IMG/VR virus record: IMGVR_UViG_3300045988_069152
Strand: one strand, 5' to 3'
Length of the DNA stretch: 33,791 nt
DNA from: a virus
The notes beneath the pieces were generated by a model. It saw nothing but the letters and a program-made list of their open reading frames with translations, ran no database searches and had not been told where the DNA came from. Shown here piece after piece: positions 1 through 8,092 of the stretch (position 1 is its first letter; the number at the start of each line of letters is the position of its first letter). Both the position numbers and the translations under genes were made by a program.

Positions 1-2042
1 GCGTTTTTAATATCCTGCCATCTGGCACCAAACCAGGAACCGATTGCCGCAAATACGCCCGTCACGCCGTTATAGGCTTCTGTAAATCGGTCAATGAACC
101 ACTGACCCACGCCCTGGAATATGGCAACTATTCCGTTCCACAAATTTTGAAAAAACTGCTTTATATTTGCCACAAAATTGTCCACAAATTCCCGGAACGC
201 TCCGCAATTATCGTAAAGAAGTTTGAACGCTCCGGCAAACGGGTTTACGATAAGCAATAAAAGCCCCTGCCAGTTATTTTTTATAAAATCAACCACGGTG
301 TTAAAAGCGTTTGGCAATGTTTCCGTGAAAAATGTCTTTATTCCGTCCCATGCGGCAAAAAACGCTTTTTTAATGGATGCCCAAATTGCATTTACTCCAT
401 TTCTGAACCACTCGCACTTGTTATAAAGTGTTACCAGGATGGCTATAACCGCCGTAATTGCCGTTACAATCAATATGATAGGGTTTGCTGCCAACACTGC
501 ATGAAACGCCGTAAATGCCGCCTTTGCTGCTTTGACGGCCGGGCCAATCTTCCCCACCACGGTTATGATGTTTGAAATGCCCGTGGCTACCTTTCCAAAA
601 ATGATAAGTGCCGGACCGATTGCCGCCACTACGGCTGCAATCTTAATAATGGTTTCTTTCTGGCTCTGGCTTAAATTCTTAAACCACTGTGTAAACTCTT
701 TTACCTTTCCCACCACTTTTGTAATGGTTGGCTGCAACGAACCTAAAAGAGTGGTGCCCAGGTCTGCCGCTGCCAATTTCAAATTATTGGCGGCCACCTT
801 TGCTTCATCCCACGGGTCTTGTGTGGCATTAAATGTGTCCTCAACTACGGTTCCGTAATCTTCCATGGATGATGAAAGGCTTTCAAGGTCAATTCTTCCC
901 TCACGGATGGCGTTTGACATTTCCGCCGCCCCTTTGGTTCCAAATACTTCCTGGGCAATGCTTAACGCTTCCGTTTCACTGGATGCGTTTTTGATTTTAT
1001 CAATGGTAAGGCCCAGGGCTTCGTCAACGCTCTTGCCCTCGTCCGTGTATACCTTTATGGATTTTCTCAACCCTGCCATGGCCGTATCTGCATTTACGCC
1101 GTTTGCTTCAAACTGTGCCAAAAGGTTTGTGGACTGCACCAGGTTAAGCCCCATTTCTTTAAATGTGGCCCCATTCTTCTGCAAACTGTCCATAAGCGTG
1201 TCCACACTTATGCCCGTTTCCTGGCCTTTCTTCGTGAGAAGTCCCAGGACGTTGCCCGTTTCGGATGCGTCTATGTTGTATTGCTCCATGATTTTGTCCG
1301 TTTTACCAATGGAGTTGTTTAAATCCGTGTCATTGATATTGGCAAATTCTATAAACTGCTTTGAAAGGTCTTTGAGGGTGTCCCCGGTGGCTCCAAAACG
1401 GGTGTTGATTTCTCCAACGGCCGTTCCGGCATCCTGCATTTCAATAGGCATTTCCGTAAAAAGGTCATCCGCAATTCCGTTCAGTTCTTCCAGGGCTTCC
1501 CCGGTGGCTCCCGTCTTTGTAATGATAGTATCGTAACCATCATCCAATTCCATTGCCGCCGCTACCCCGGCACCACCTAAAGCCGTAACCCCGGCGGTCA
1601 CTGGCAAAAGTTTATTGCCAATGCCCGTGGCTTTGCCACCTACTTTTCCAAATGCTTCCCCCACTTTTTCCAGGGAAATATTGCTTTTCCCGGCTTCCTC
1701 TTCTAATTTCTTCAAAGAAAGTTCCGTGGCTTCAATCTCTCTTTTGATAGCCCGGTATTGTTCCTCTGAAACTTCGCCTTTTTTAAACTGTTCTTCCACC
1801 TGGGCTTCCGCCGTTTTGAGAACGTCCAACTTTTCCTTGGTTTCTCCCACGGCTTTTGTAAGTAACTGCTGCTTTTGTGCCAGGGCTTCGGTATTCTTGG
1901 GGTCTAATTTCAGCAGTTTTTCCACTTCTCTAAGTTCTGCCTGGGTGCTTTTCACGTTTTTATTTACGCCGCCCAGGGCCTTGTCAAGTTTCGTGGTATC
2001 GCCGCCAATTTCAATGGTTATACCCTTTATATTGTTAGCCAT
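1..2042 (-). CDS. Tail tape measure protein, N-terminal part (ATG at 2042; open through position 1; continues at 33791..32830 if the ends are joined)
   Basis: Absent from the ORF track because it has no stop inside the window. My translation from 2042 reads MANNIKGITIEIGGDTTKLDKALGGVNKNVKSTQAELREVEKLLKLDPKN..., a coiled-coil TP901-type TMP start. A hydrophobic block (AAVVAAIGPALIIFGKV) and W/F-periodic repeats follow. Plus-strand ORFs 223..2049 are its antisense shadows. It lies directly after the G/T chaperone genes. Confidence 0.85.
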   Translation of the reverse strand, partial: MANNIKGITIEIGGDTTKLDKALGGVNKNVKSTQAELREVEKLLKLDPKNTEALAQKQQLLTKAVGETKEKLDVLKTAEAQVEEQFKKGEVSEEQYRAIKREIEATELSLKKLEEEAGKSNISLEKVGEAFGKVGGKATGIGNKLLPVTAGVTALGGAGVAAAMELDDGYDTIITKTGATGEALEELNGIADDLFTEMPIEMQDAGTAVGEINTRFGATGDTLKDLSKQFIEFANINDTDLNNSIGKTDKIMEQYNIDASETGNVLGLLTKKGQETGISVDTLMDSLQKNGATFKEMGLNLVQSTNLLAQFEANGVNADTAMAGLRKSIKVYTDEGKSVDEALGLTIDKIKNASSETEALSIAQEVFGTKGAAEMSNAIREGRIDLESLSSSMEDYGTVVEDTFNATQDPWDEAKVAANNLKLAAADLGTTLLGSLQPTITKVVGKVKEFTQWFKNLSQSQKETIIKIAAVVAAIGPALIIFGKVATGISNIITVVGKIGPAVKAAKAAFTAFHAVLAANPIILIVTAITAVIAILVTLYNKCEWFRNGVNAIWASIKKAFFAAWDGIKTFFTETLPNAFNTVVDFIKNNWQGLLLLIVNPFAGAFKLLYDNCGAFREFVDNFVANIKQFFQNLWNGIVAIFQGVGQWFIDRFTEAYNGVTGVFAAIGSWFGARWQDIKN

Positions 2043-2045
2043 GCC

Positions 2046-2680
2046 TTAACCCCCTTTCTTCTTAAAATTCTTTCGCAATCCCTCACGGTCCGGCTTGGTC
2101 TGCTCCATACGCCAACAGTTTTTCAGATATTCCCGGCCCTCTTCTGTCTTTGAATTTTCAAAAATCATGGCTTCACGCATAAAAAATAAATACACGTCAA
2201 TTTCCATTTCCTGGACTTCGTAAATATCAATATGGCAATAGTCCATTACCAATTTTTCCGGCCGTGTAAGAAGTGTATATGGTATCTCGTCCCCTTTATC
2301 CTGGCGTGGATAAAAGGGCATTTTTAGTTTGGGTTTGCTTTTAACTCGTCCACAAATTCCATATAGGCTTCCAGAATGGCGGTACACTCTTCAATGTCGT
2401 AATCTTCCACATCCTCTGCCGTTACGGGCACCTTTCCCATGTTATTGCTCAACACTGCTGCCAATAAACGGTAAATACTTTCTGTATCTTCAATAGTGGG
2501 GTTGTCCTCGTCCGTATCTTCCAGGTCTTTGATGGCTTCAAAAACGTGTTTCTGTGGCATCCTCACAAGGATTTTCTTTCCCTTTTCGGTCACGTTCCCG
2601 GCTTCGTCCGTCTTGTCCTTTAATGTGAACGGCCAGAACGTCCTTTTTAACTTATTGCAATTAAATTCTTTTACTGCCAT
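2046..2680 (-). CDS. Tail assembly chaperones G (2324..2680) and G-T fusion by -1 frameshift into the 2046..2387 frame
   Basis: A 118-aa acidic ORF ends at 2324. The overlapping ORF is in the -1 frame and ends 4 nt before the TMP start. The slippery heptamer AAACCCA lies 4 nt (one codon) before the G stop. The position between major tail and TMP is canonical. Confidence 0.7.
2330..2336 (-). promoter_or_regulatory. -1 programmed frameshift slippery site A AAC CCA (X XXY YYZ in the G frame)
   Basis: The coding strand reads GCA AAC CCA AAC TAA in the G frame and AAA CCC AAA CTA AAA ATG in the -1 frame. The -1 frame stays open to 2046. Confidence 0.6.
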
Positions 2681-2739
2681 AGCGGTATTCTCCTTTCAAA
2701 AAAGCGGCCAGGGCTTTCCCCTGGCCGCTTTGGTGGTTT

Positions 2740-3309
2740 CTACAAGGTATCGGATGCGGTTGTGGGGTCCATGTCCTCTTCATACAAAATAAGCGTGCCC
2801 TCTTTGTCCATGGGCTGTGCTTTAAATTCTGCATCAATAACCGTTTCACTGTCCTTGGCAAAAGCAATGGTAAATCCGGCCTGGTTGCTTCCGACAATGG
2901 TAACTCTCACATCCCCGTCCACGGTGTCCTTATGGACAAAATGAAGTACATAACGCTTTCCGTCTGCATTTCCAATACCACCGATTTTTACAGTACGCTT
3001 TTTCTTCTCTGCATCTTCGGTTACTCTGGCCGTCTGGCATAATTTCTTTAACGTGGTTCCGCACCATGTCATAATACCGGATTTCATGGTTGCTTCCTCT
3101 TCGGTAATGATAACCTTGGAAACTTTGCCCATATCGTCTTTGGCTTCATAAAAAGAGGGTGCGTACTCAATTTCTGCACCACCTTTAATGTGGCCCAGGC
3201 GGTTTTCTTCGGTTTCCAGTTCTTCGTTGGTCGGCATTTCCGCATTTGTTCCCTCAAACTCGGTACAATACAAATCGCCGGAACCTAAAACAATGCTTTC
3301 TTTGTTCAT
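2740..3309 (-). CDS. Major tail protein (putative)
   Basis: A 189-aa ORF with an ATG start, immediately upstream of the G/T chaperones and downstream of the neck genes. The call rests on size and position. Confidence 0.55.
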   Translation of the reverse strand: MNKESIVLGSGDLYCTEFEGTNAEMPTNEELETEENRLGHIKGGAEIEYAPSFYEAKDDMGKVSKVIITEEEATMKSGIMTWCGTTLKKLCQTARVTEDAEKKKRTVKIGGIGNADGKRYVLHFVHKDTVDGDVRVTIVGSNQAGFTIAFAKDSETVIDAEFKAQPMDKEGTLILYEEDMDPTTASDTL

Positions 3310-3683
3310 ACTCTGTTTACTCCTTTCGTTTTGGTAAGTAACCCTTTGATTTCATAGGCAGTTTGGTAACATTCTTCGTCTGGGATAGGTGCCAGGTACA
3401 TGTCATATTCCACATCCGGCACCACTTCCGTTTCAAACGCCGCCGCCAGGTCTTTGCGTTCCTGGTTATCCTCTGCCGTATAAAGTTCAAAGTCTATGTC
3501 TTGGGCTTTGAGGTTGTTTAGGCCGTCCGCCCCTCTGCCCGTTTCGTGAGATAATAGGTAAACTATGTAAGGAAGCGGCGGCACCGGGTCATCAACGGTT
3601 CCCACAAACTCATTTTTTGTAATGGGTACGCCGTGTTTTTTTGAAAAGGCTTTGGCTCTTTCCACCAATTCTTCCGCGTTCAT
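3306..3683 (-). CDS. Tail completion / tail terminator-like neck protein (putative)
   Basis: A 125-aa ORF whose stop/start overlaps the neighbouring genes. The call is by synteny only. Confidence 0.4.
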   Translation of the reverse strand: MNAEELVERAKAFSKKHGVPITKNEFVGTVDDPVPPLPYIVYLLSHETGRGADGLNNLKAQDIDFELYTAEDNQERKDLAAAFETEVVPDVEYDMYLAPIPDEECYQTAYEIKGLLTKTKGVNRV

Positions 3684-3684
3684 G

Positions 3685-4092
3685 CTATCCCCTCACTTTC
3701 TGCGTAATTTTTGAAACGGCCAAATCTCCCAGGGTTTCATTGACTGGGGCAATATGTTCAAACGCTTTTACGTTTCCGTAAGTTCTGCCGCCCCGGCGTA
3801 ACTGGTGGCCTTTTTCCAGTAAGTGGGTCAATTGGTAATTCTTTTTGTTGTATACTGAATAACCATTAAGCCCGGTTATAACGGAAGTCCTGCCGCTTCG
3901 TTGGTCATATGTCCAATCTTTGGTATATCTTCCCGTTCTTTCCTGGTACGGTCCACCTTGCCTTAAACTTTTGGCGGCTGCGGCTGCGGTTTCTTCAAAC
4001 GCTTCATTTGCCGCACGTTTTACAACGTCATTGCTCCAATTTTCCAATTCCGCCTTTATGGCTTCGTCCAGGTTGTCAATGGATGCTCTCAA
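3685..4092 (-). CDS. HK97 gp10-family head-tail joining protein
   Basis: A 135-aa ORF. The stretch NYQLTHLLEKGH...GG and the position in the neck module are typical of the HK97 gp10 family. Confidence 0.55.
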   Translation of the reverse strand: MRASIDNLDEAIKAELENWSNDVVKRAANEAFEETAAAAAKSLRQGGPYQERTGRYTKDWTYDQRSGRTSVITGLNGYSVYNKKNYQLTHLLEKGHQLRRGGRTYGNVKAFEHIAPVNETLGDLAVSKITQKVRG

Positions 4093-4376
4093 CCTTTCCC
4101 CACCCTTTCCCCGGCGTAAAGTTCTACTTTGCCGTTGCTCTTTGGTCCGTATGTTCGGTAAATAGCCATTTTCTTGCCATCCACCTTTATTTCTGTTTGG
4201 TTCTCATACTCAAATCCCCAAACCTCAACCATCATGGATGCCTTGAAACCCTTTTGCCCGGCCGCCGCAAATTCATCACGGCCAACCGGGTTGATTTCTC
4301 CGAAAACATCCTTTTCCAGGTATTCCGTTTGGTTCTTTTTAATTAACAGTGTCACTAATGCTTCTATGGTAGCCAC
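4089..4376 (-). CDS. Head closure / head-tail adaptor protein
   Basis: A 95-aa ORF. The longest form starts at GTG 4376 and overlaps the upstream gene by 38 nt; an alternative GTG lies at 4355, so the start is uncertain. Synteny supports the call. Confidence 0.5.
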   Translation of the reverse strand: MATIEALVTLLIKKNQTEYLEKDVFGEINPVGRDEFAAAGQKGFKASMMVEVWGFEYENQTEIKVDGKKMAIYRTYGPKSNGKVELYAGERVGKG

Positions 4377-4650
4377 CGCCTTTGATTTTCGTACAAATCA
4401 TGTCATAGGATGCCATTAACTCGTTATGGTTCTCCGGGTTGCCAAAATTCGCCTTGGTGTAAATCAATGCGGCTTCGATAATCAAAGGGTCTGTGATGTT
4501 TTCCGGGTCCAAATAGTCCGGGTGCACGCCAATACGTTTTAAGTCCGCAAGGGCAACCGCTACAAGTTGCCCCACGTCCTCGTCTAAAACGTCATTGGAT
4601 GTTTTACGCACCCTTAATTTGGCCTTGGCAATCAATTCTTTCTCTGTCAT
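4339..4650 (-). CDS. gp6-like head-tail connector protein
   Basis: A 103-aa ORF directly after the capsid gene. The N-terminus (MTEKELIAKAKLRVRKTSNDVLDEDVGQLVAVALADL) is typical of the gp6-like (DNA packaging, QLRG) connector family. Confidence 0.6.
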   Translation of the reverse strand: MTEKELIAKAKLRVRKTSNDVLDEDVGQLVAVALADLKRIGVHPDYLDPENITDPLIIEAALIYTKANFGNPENHNELMASYDMICTKIKGGGYHRSISDTVN

Positions 4651-4677
4651 GCTCTGCCGCCTTTCTTATTTTCGGTT

Positions 4678-5919
4678 TTACTGGCCGCCACCGCCGGACG
4701 CTGCCGCCGGGTTCTTCACACGGATAAATCCATTCTTGGCAACCACGTTTCCGCCCATGAATACACACGCCTTATAAGCAATCTGACCCTGCTTAAATTT
4801 GTACTCTGTGGATTTCTGTGCATCAATATCACTGAAAATAGCCACTTCGTAATTACTCAACGGGCCGTATGCCATGCAATATGCGTCTGCGGTTCCGCCG
4901 ATTTCTGCACATGCGGAATTGATAATGTAAGGCACTTCGTCAATGGTTCCCGTGTTTCCGTGGTTCATAATGGTGTAAACTTTGCGGCCCTGTTTATCTC
5001 TTAACTTGGCAAACTTTTTAAGGTCTTTCTTGCTAAGGATAAGCACCGCCATATCTTCCACATCCTCGTCCCCACCATAGGAATAAATGATTTCATCCAG
5101 TGTTCCGTCATCAATGGCGGTAATGGTGGAAATGTCGGTGCTGCGGTCAATAATGTCATCCGCTGAAGAAGTAGGATTGTAGAAAATTCCACGGAATTTT
5201 CCAGTTCCGCCAGCACCTACCAAAATCTGACGGGAAGCGTATCTTCTGATTGCACGGGTCACGCTTTCTTCCACAACTCCGTCATAATCTGCATCCGGCA
5301 GTTTCGACATTTCTTCCGGCTCTTCTGCGTATGCCGTGATTTTCTCACGCACAATGTCCGCATATCCAAAAGTCGGTTCAGAAGTGTTGTAATCTGTGTT
5401 TTCCGTTGTGCTTCCGGCTCCGTCCCCGTAAGACTTTACAAAAGGCCGCTGATAACTTTCGCCGCCAACAAGCGGAACGGTCCTTACTCTGTCAATAAGG
5501 GAAGAAACATTGTTGAAAGTCGGCATAATATCCGGGCTTGTATGATGTGGCATTACCACCCCGGTTGCCGTGCTTAATGCGTTACGGGGGTTTGCAAGGG
5601 CTTTGGCCTTATAGGAAACTTTTTTACCGTCCTTTAAGGCTTTTCCGCTCTTTTCTCTTACCTGGTTTTTCGGTTCGCTTCCGTTTTCTCCCGGTTTTCC
5701 GTCCCCAGTATCTTCCGGGTCCGTGCCCCCTGCTGCCTGGGCGGCCGCCATTAAATCTTCCCTGGCTTTAATCTCGTCCAGGATTTCCCCAATGGTTCTG
5801 GCTTCGTCCATGGCATCCGTCAATTCCTGGCCGCTTAACGCCTGGGCGTTCTTTCCCAGGTCTTTCAGTCTGTCTTTCAATTCTTTCTTTGACATTTTCA
5901 TTAACTCTTCTCTTGTCAT
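4678..5919 (-). CDS. Major capsid protein, HK97 family
   Basis: A 413-aa ORF with a coiled-coil scaffold-like N-terminal delta domain. It follows the ClpP protease and has a strong RBS (GAAAGGAGAATAGGAC before the ATG). Confidence 0.85.
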   Translation of the reverse strand: MTREELMKMSKKELKDRLKDLGKNAQALSGQELTDAMDEARTIGEILDEIKAREDLMAAAQAAGGTDPEDTGDGKPGENGSEPKNQVREKSGKALKDGKKVSYKAKALANPRNALSTATGVVMPHHTSPDIMPTFNNVSSLIDRVRTVPLVGGESYQRPFVKSYGDGAGSTTENTDYNTSEPTFGYADIVREKITAYAEEPEEMSKLPDADYDGVVEESVTRAIRRYASRQILVGAGGTGKFRGIFYNPTSSADDIIDRSTDISTITAIDDGTLDEIIYSYGGDEDVEDMAVLILSKKDLKKFAKLRDKQGRKVYTIMNHGNTGTIDEVPYIINSACAEIGGTADAYCMAYGPLSNYEVAIFSDIDAQKSTEYKFKQGQIAYKACVFMGGNVVAKNGFIRVKNPAAASGGGGQ

Positions 5920-5934
5920 GTCCTATTCTCCTTT

Positions 5935-6705
5935 CTACTGCCCCATATGGGCCATGGTAAGTGCAACAATTTGGCTTCGTTTCTCCTGGTCCGCCTTGTC
6001 CTGCTGCCCGGCGGTTTCCCCAGGTTTTAAAATATCTTTGGGGGCATTGTGACAATATAACTTTGTGTAGTCCTGCACGGCGGCGGCAATGGTGTTTTCC
6101 TCTCCAACCTTTACCCGGAAATACTGGGCGGCCTGGGTGCCGTTTAACCATGTTTCCTGCTCCATAAGTTCCTTTATTGTTTCAATGTCCACGCCCTCGT
6201 TTAGATGTTCGGCGTAAATGCTCCAAATACCGCTTTCCACGGCATCCAGGGTGTCCGCCATTTTCCGCATGTCCGTGGCGTTTCCCTCGCACCCTGCCCA
6301 TGGCTTATGTATCATCAAATAAGCATTGGACGGGATTGTGGGCATATCACTGTCCGCAAATGCGATAACGGAAGCAATGGACCCGGCCAGTGCATCCACA
6401 TAGACGGTTTTCTTTCCTGCATACCGTTTGAGCATGTTGTAAATGGCAATCCCGGCAAATACGGAACCGCCGCCGGAATTGATGTAAATATTTAAGTCCT
6501 TTCCGTTTGCTTCGGTAAGGAAATTCTTGATTGCTTCCGGGTACTGGTCCTCTTCCTGCCATGCTCCCCACCAATCGCTTACAATGTCCCCGTAAAAATA
6601 AAGGTCCACGCTTGTTTCCGTGGCGTTCTTAAACTCATAAAATTTTTCCACGGTAGCGTGTGCGGCATCCTTGCAAGCGGTAAATCTCTTTTTTGCTCCT
6701 GGCAT
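5935..6705 (-). CDS. ClpP-family prohead maturation protease
   Basis: Motifs INSGGGSVFAGIAIYNML, GSIASVIAF and MIHKPW match the Clp serine protease fold. It lies between portal and capsid. Confidence 0.85.
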   Translation of the reverse strand: MPGAKKRFTACKDAAHATVEKFYEFKNATETSVDLYFYGDIVSDWWGAWQEEDQYPEAIKNFLTEANGKDLNIYINSGGGSVFAGIAIYNMLKRYAGKKTVYVDALAGSIASVIAFADSDMPTIPSNAYLMIHKPWAGCEGNATDMRKMADTLDAVESGIWSIYAEHLNEGVDIETIKELMEQETWLNGTQAAQYFRVKVGEENTIAAAVQDYTKLYCHNAPKDILKPGETAGQQDKADQEKRSQIVALTMAHMGQ

Positions 6706-6709
6706 ATCC

Positions 6710-7921
6710 TTAACCCCCTTTCATAGTTTCTAAGTAAGCACGGGCGGCCGCTTCCATTGCCCGGCGTTGCTTGTCCTGCTTTTCTGTCTGGTCTGTGCCC
6801 TCTCCCTGGCCGTTCTGTCCAACCTGGTAAAGGCTTTGGTCCCCGGCTTTTACATAGTTCAAAGAAACCATACGCACGTCCCCGTCATCCACTGGCCCGT
6901 AATACATAAGTGCCCGGTATTCGTTTATTGTCATGGCTCCACGGTCAAACATATTTCCGCCTATGGCATCTCTGGTCTGTAATGTGGCATACTGCAAAAG
7001 ATTGGCGGTAAATTCAATCTTATTGCCATACCCAATTTCCCTGGGTGTTAAAAGTTTAAATGTAAACTCATACCCCAATTGGATTGCCACGGGTTCAATG
7101 ACATTTTCATAAAAAGAAATCCATTCCTGGTCGGAAAGTGTGGACGTTAAAACCTTTTCATTTACGCCGTAATAACGGTATACGTTGTCACGCAAGAATG
7201 TAATTTGATTGGTTGGTACGTTTGGCGTGCGTTGGGCAATTTCTTTAAATTCCACCGTACTGTCAATGGCTGCAATTCCCCCGGCGTTGTCGGCGTTCAT
7301 GTAGGCATCCTGGAAGTCCTTGGCAATCTTTTTCAGTTCTTCATTGTCTGCCAGGTTGTTATATCTCAAATACCCGGCAAGTGAATTGGAACGGTTGACA
7401 ATGTTCTTTACTGTTTCGCCGGATGTTTCGATAAGGTCCAGGCTCCGCTTTAACTCCAAATCCGGGGACGTTCCCAGGAACCGCTTTTTGTTATACCTTG
7501 CCTTGATGTGAATAACATTTTGGTATGGCACTGTGTAGGTTTCCCCGTCATAGTCCCACCGGAAGCGGAAAAGGATATTATGGCAGTCATCTTCAAATAT
7601 GCGGTAACTCTTCGTAGTAATCGGCTGTATACTCGTTATCCTCGTGAAATCCTCGTTATAGAAAATCACGGAAAAGGAATTGGACGTATAAACCAGGTCG
7701 GAAGCAATGCGGTAAAGGAAATCATAGGTTGACATTTCCGGGCACGGCCGCAATTTCAAAAGCCTTGCCAGGTAATCGTTTTTAATTGTCATACCCTTTT
7801 CATCCTTTCGGATAACCTGGGGCGTGAGTTTTCCCACGTTCTTTGCTATTGCATCCGCAATGGCTCCCACAATATCGTTATCCCGTAGGGTTCCCGTTGG
7901 CACATACTCCCCACGGCTCAA
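6710..7921 (-). CDS. Portal protein, HK97 family
   Basis: A 403-aa ORF downstream of TerL. The first in-frame start is TTG at 7921 with no SD nearby, while a strong SD (GAGGAAGGGGGG) lies about 55 nt upstream. The start is therefore uncertain. Confidence 0.8.
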   Translation of the reverse strand: MSRGEYVPTGTLRDNDIVGAIADAIAKNVGKLTPQVIRKDEKGMTIKNDYLARLLKLRPCPEMSTYDFLYRIASDLVYTSNSFSVIFYNEDFTRITSIQPITTKSYRIFEDDCHNILFRFRWDYDGETYTVPYQNVIHIKARYNKKRFLGTSPDLELKRSLDLIETSGETVKNIVNRSNSLAGYLRYNNLADNEELKKIAKDFQDAYMNADNAGGIAAIDSTVEFKEIAQRTPNVPTNQITFLRDNVYRYYGVNEKVLTSTLSDQEWISFYENVIEPVAIQLGYEFTFKLLTPREIGYGNKIEFTANLLQYATLQTRDAIGGNMFDRGAMTINEYRALMYYGPVDDGDVRMVSLNYVKAGDQSLYQVGQNGQGEGTDQTEKQDKQRRAMEAAARAYLETMKGG

Positions 7922-8031
7922 TAAAAGTGGTCTGTACTTTGCCCTAAAGGCTCCAAATACATTGGCTATAATTCCCGTATCAAATACCCCCCTTCCTCAA
8001 AAATAGGCCCATGGAATACACCCATGAGCCT

Positions 8032-8064
8032 ATTGTAAAATTATTCGTGTTGAAATTCTGACCC
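8032..8064 (-). promoter_or_regulatory. Conserved box copy 1: GGGTCAGAATTTCAAC-N11-TACAAT (candidate late promoter) upstream of portal
   Basis: The 16-mer is identical to copy 3 at 26285..26300. The TAnnAT hexamer lies at the same distance in all three copies. Confidence 0.4.
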
Positions 8065-8092
8065 AGTTTAAAACCCTGCTGCCATGCGGCTT

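Noticed and set aside
223-2049. Four plus-strand ORFs (223..426, 532..858, 865..1536, 1615..2049)
   Set aside because: They lie antisense to a continuous minus-strand tape measure ORF with clear family features. They have low-complexity Ser/Pro/Phe-rich translations and no RBS, so they are shadow ORFs.
5768-6574. Arg/Gly/Pro-rich minus-strand ORFs 5768..6151 and 6347..6574, and similar nested off-frame ORFs (5001..5216, 8583..8942, 19925..20347, 21729..21929, 25900..26094, 28569..28805, 30072..30431)
   Set aside because: They are nested in alternative frames of well-supported genes (capsid, protease, TerL, methyltransferase, transposase, holin, target, fibre). They have no independent RBS and implausible composition.
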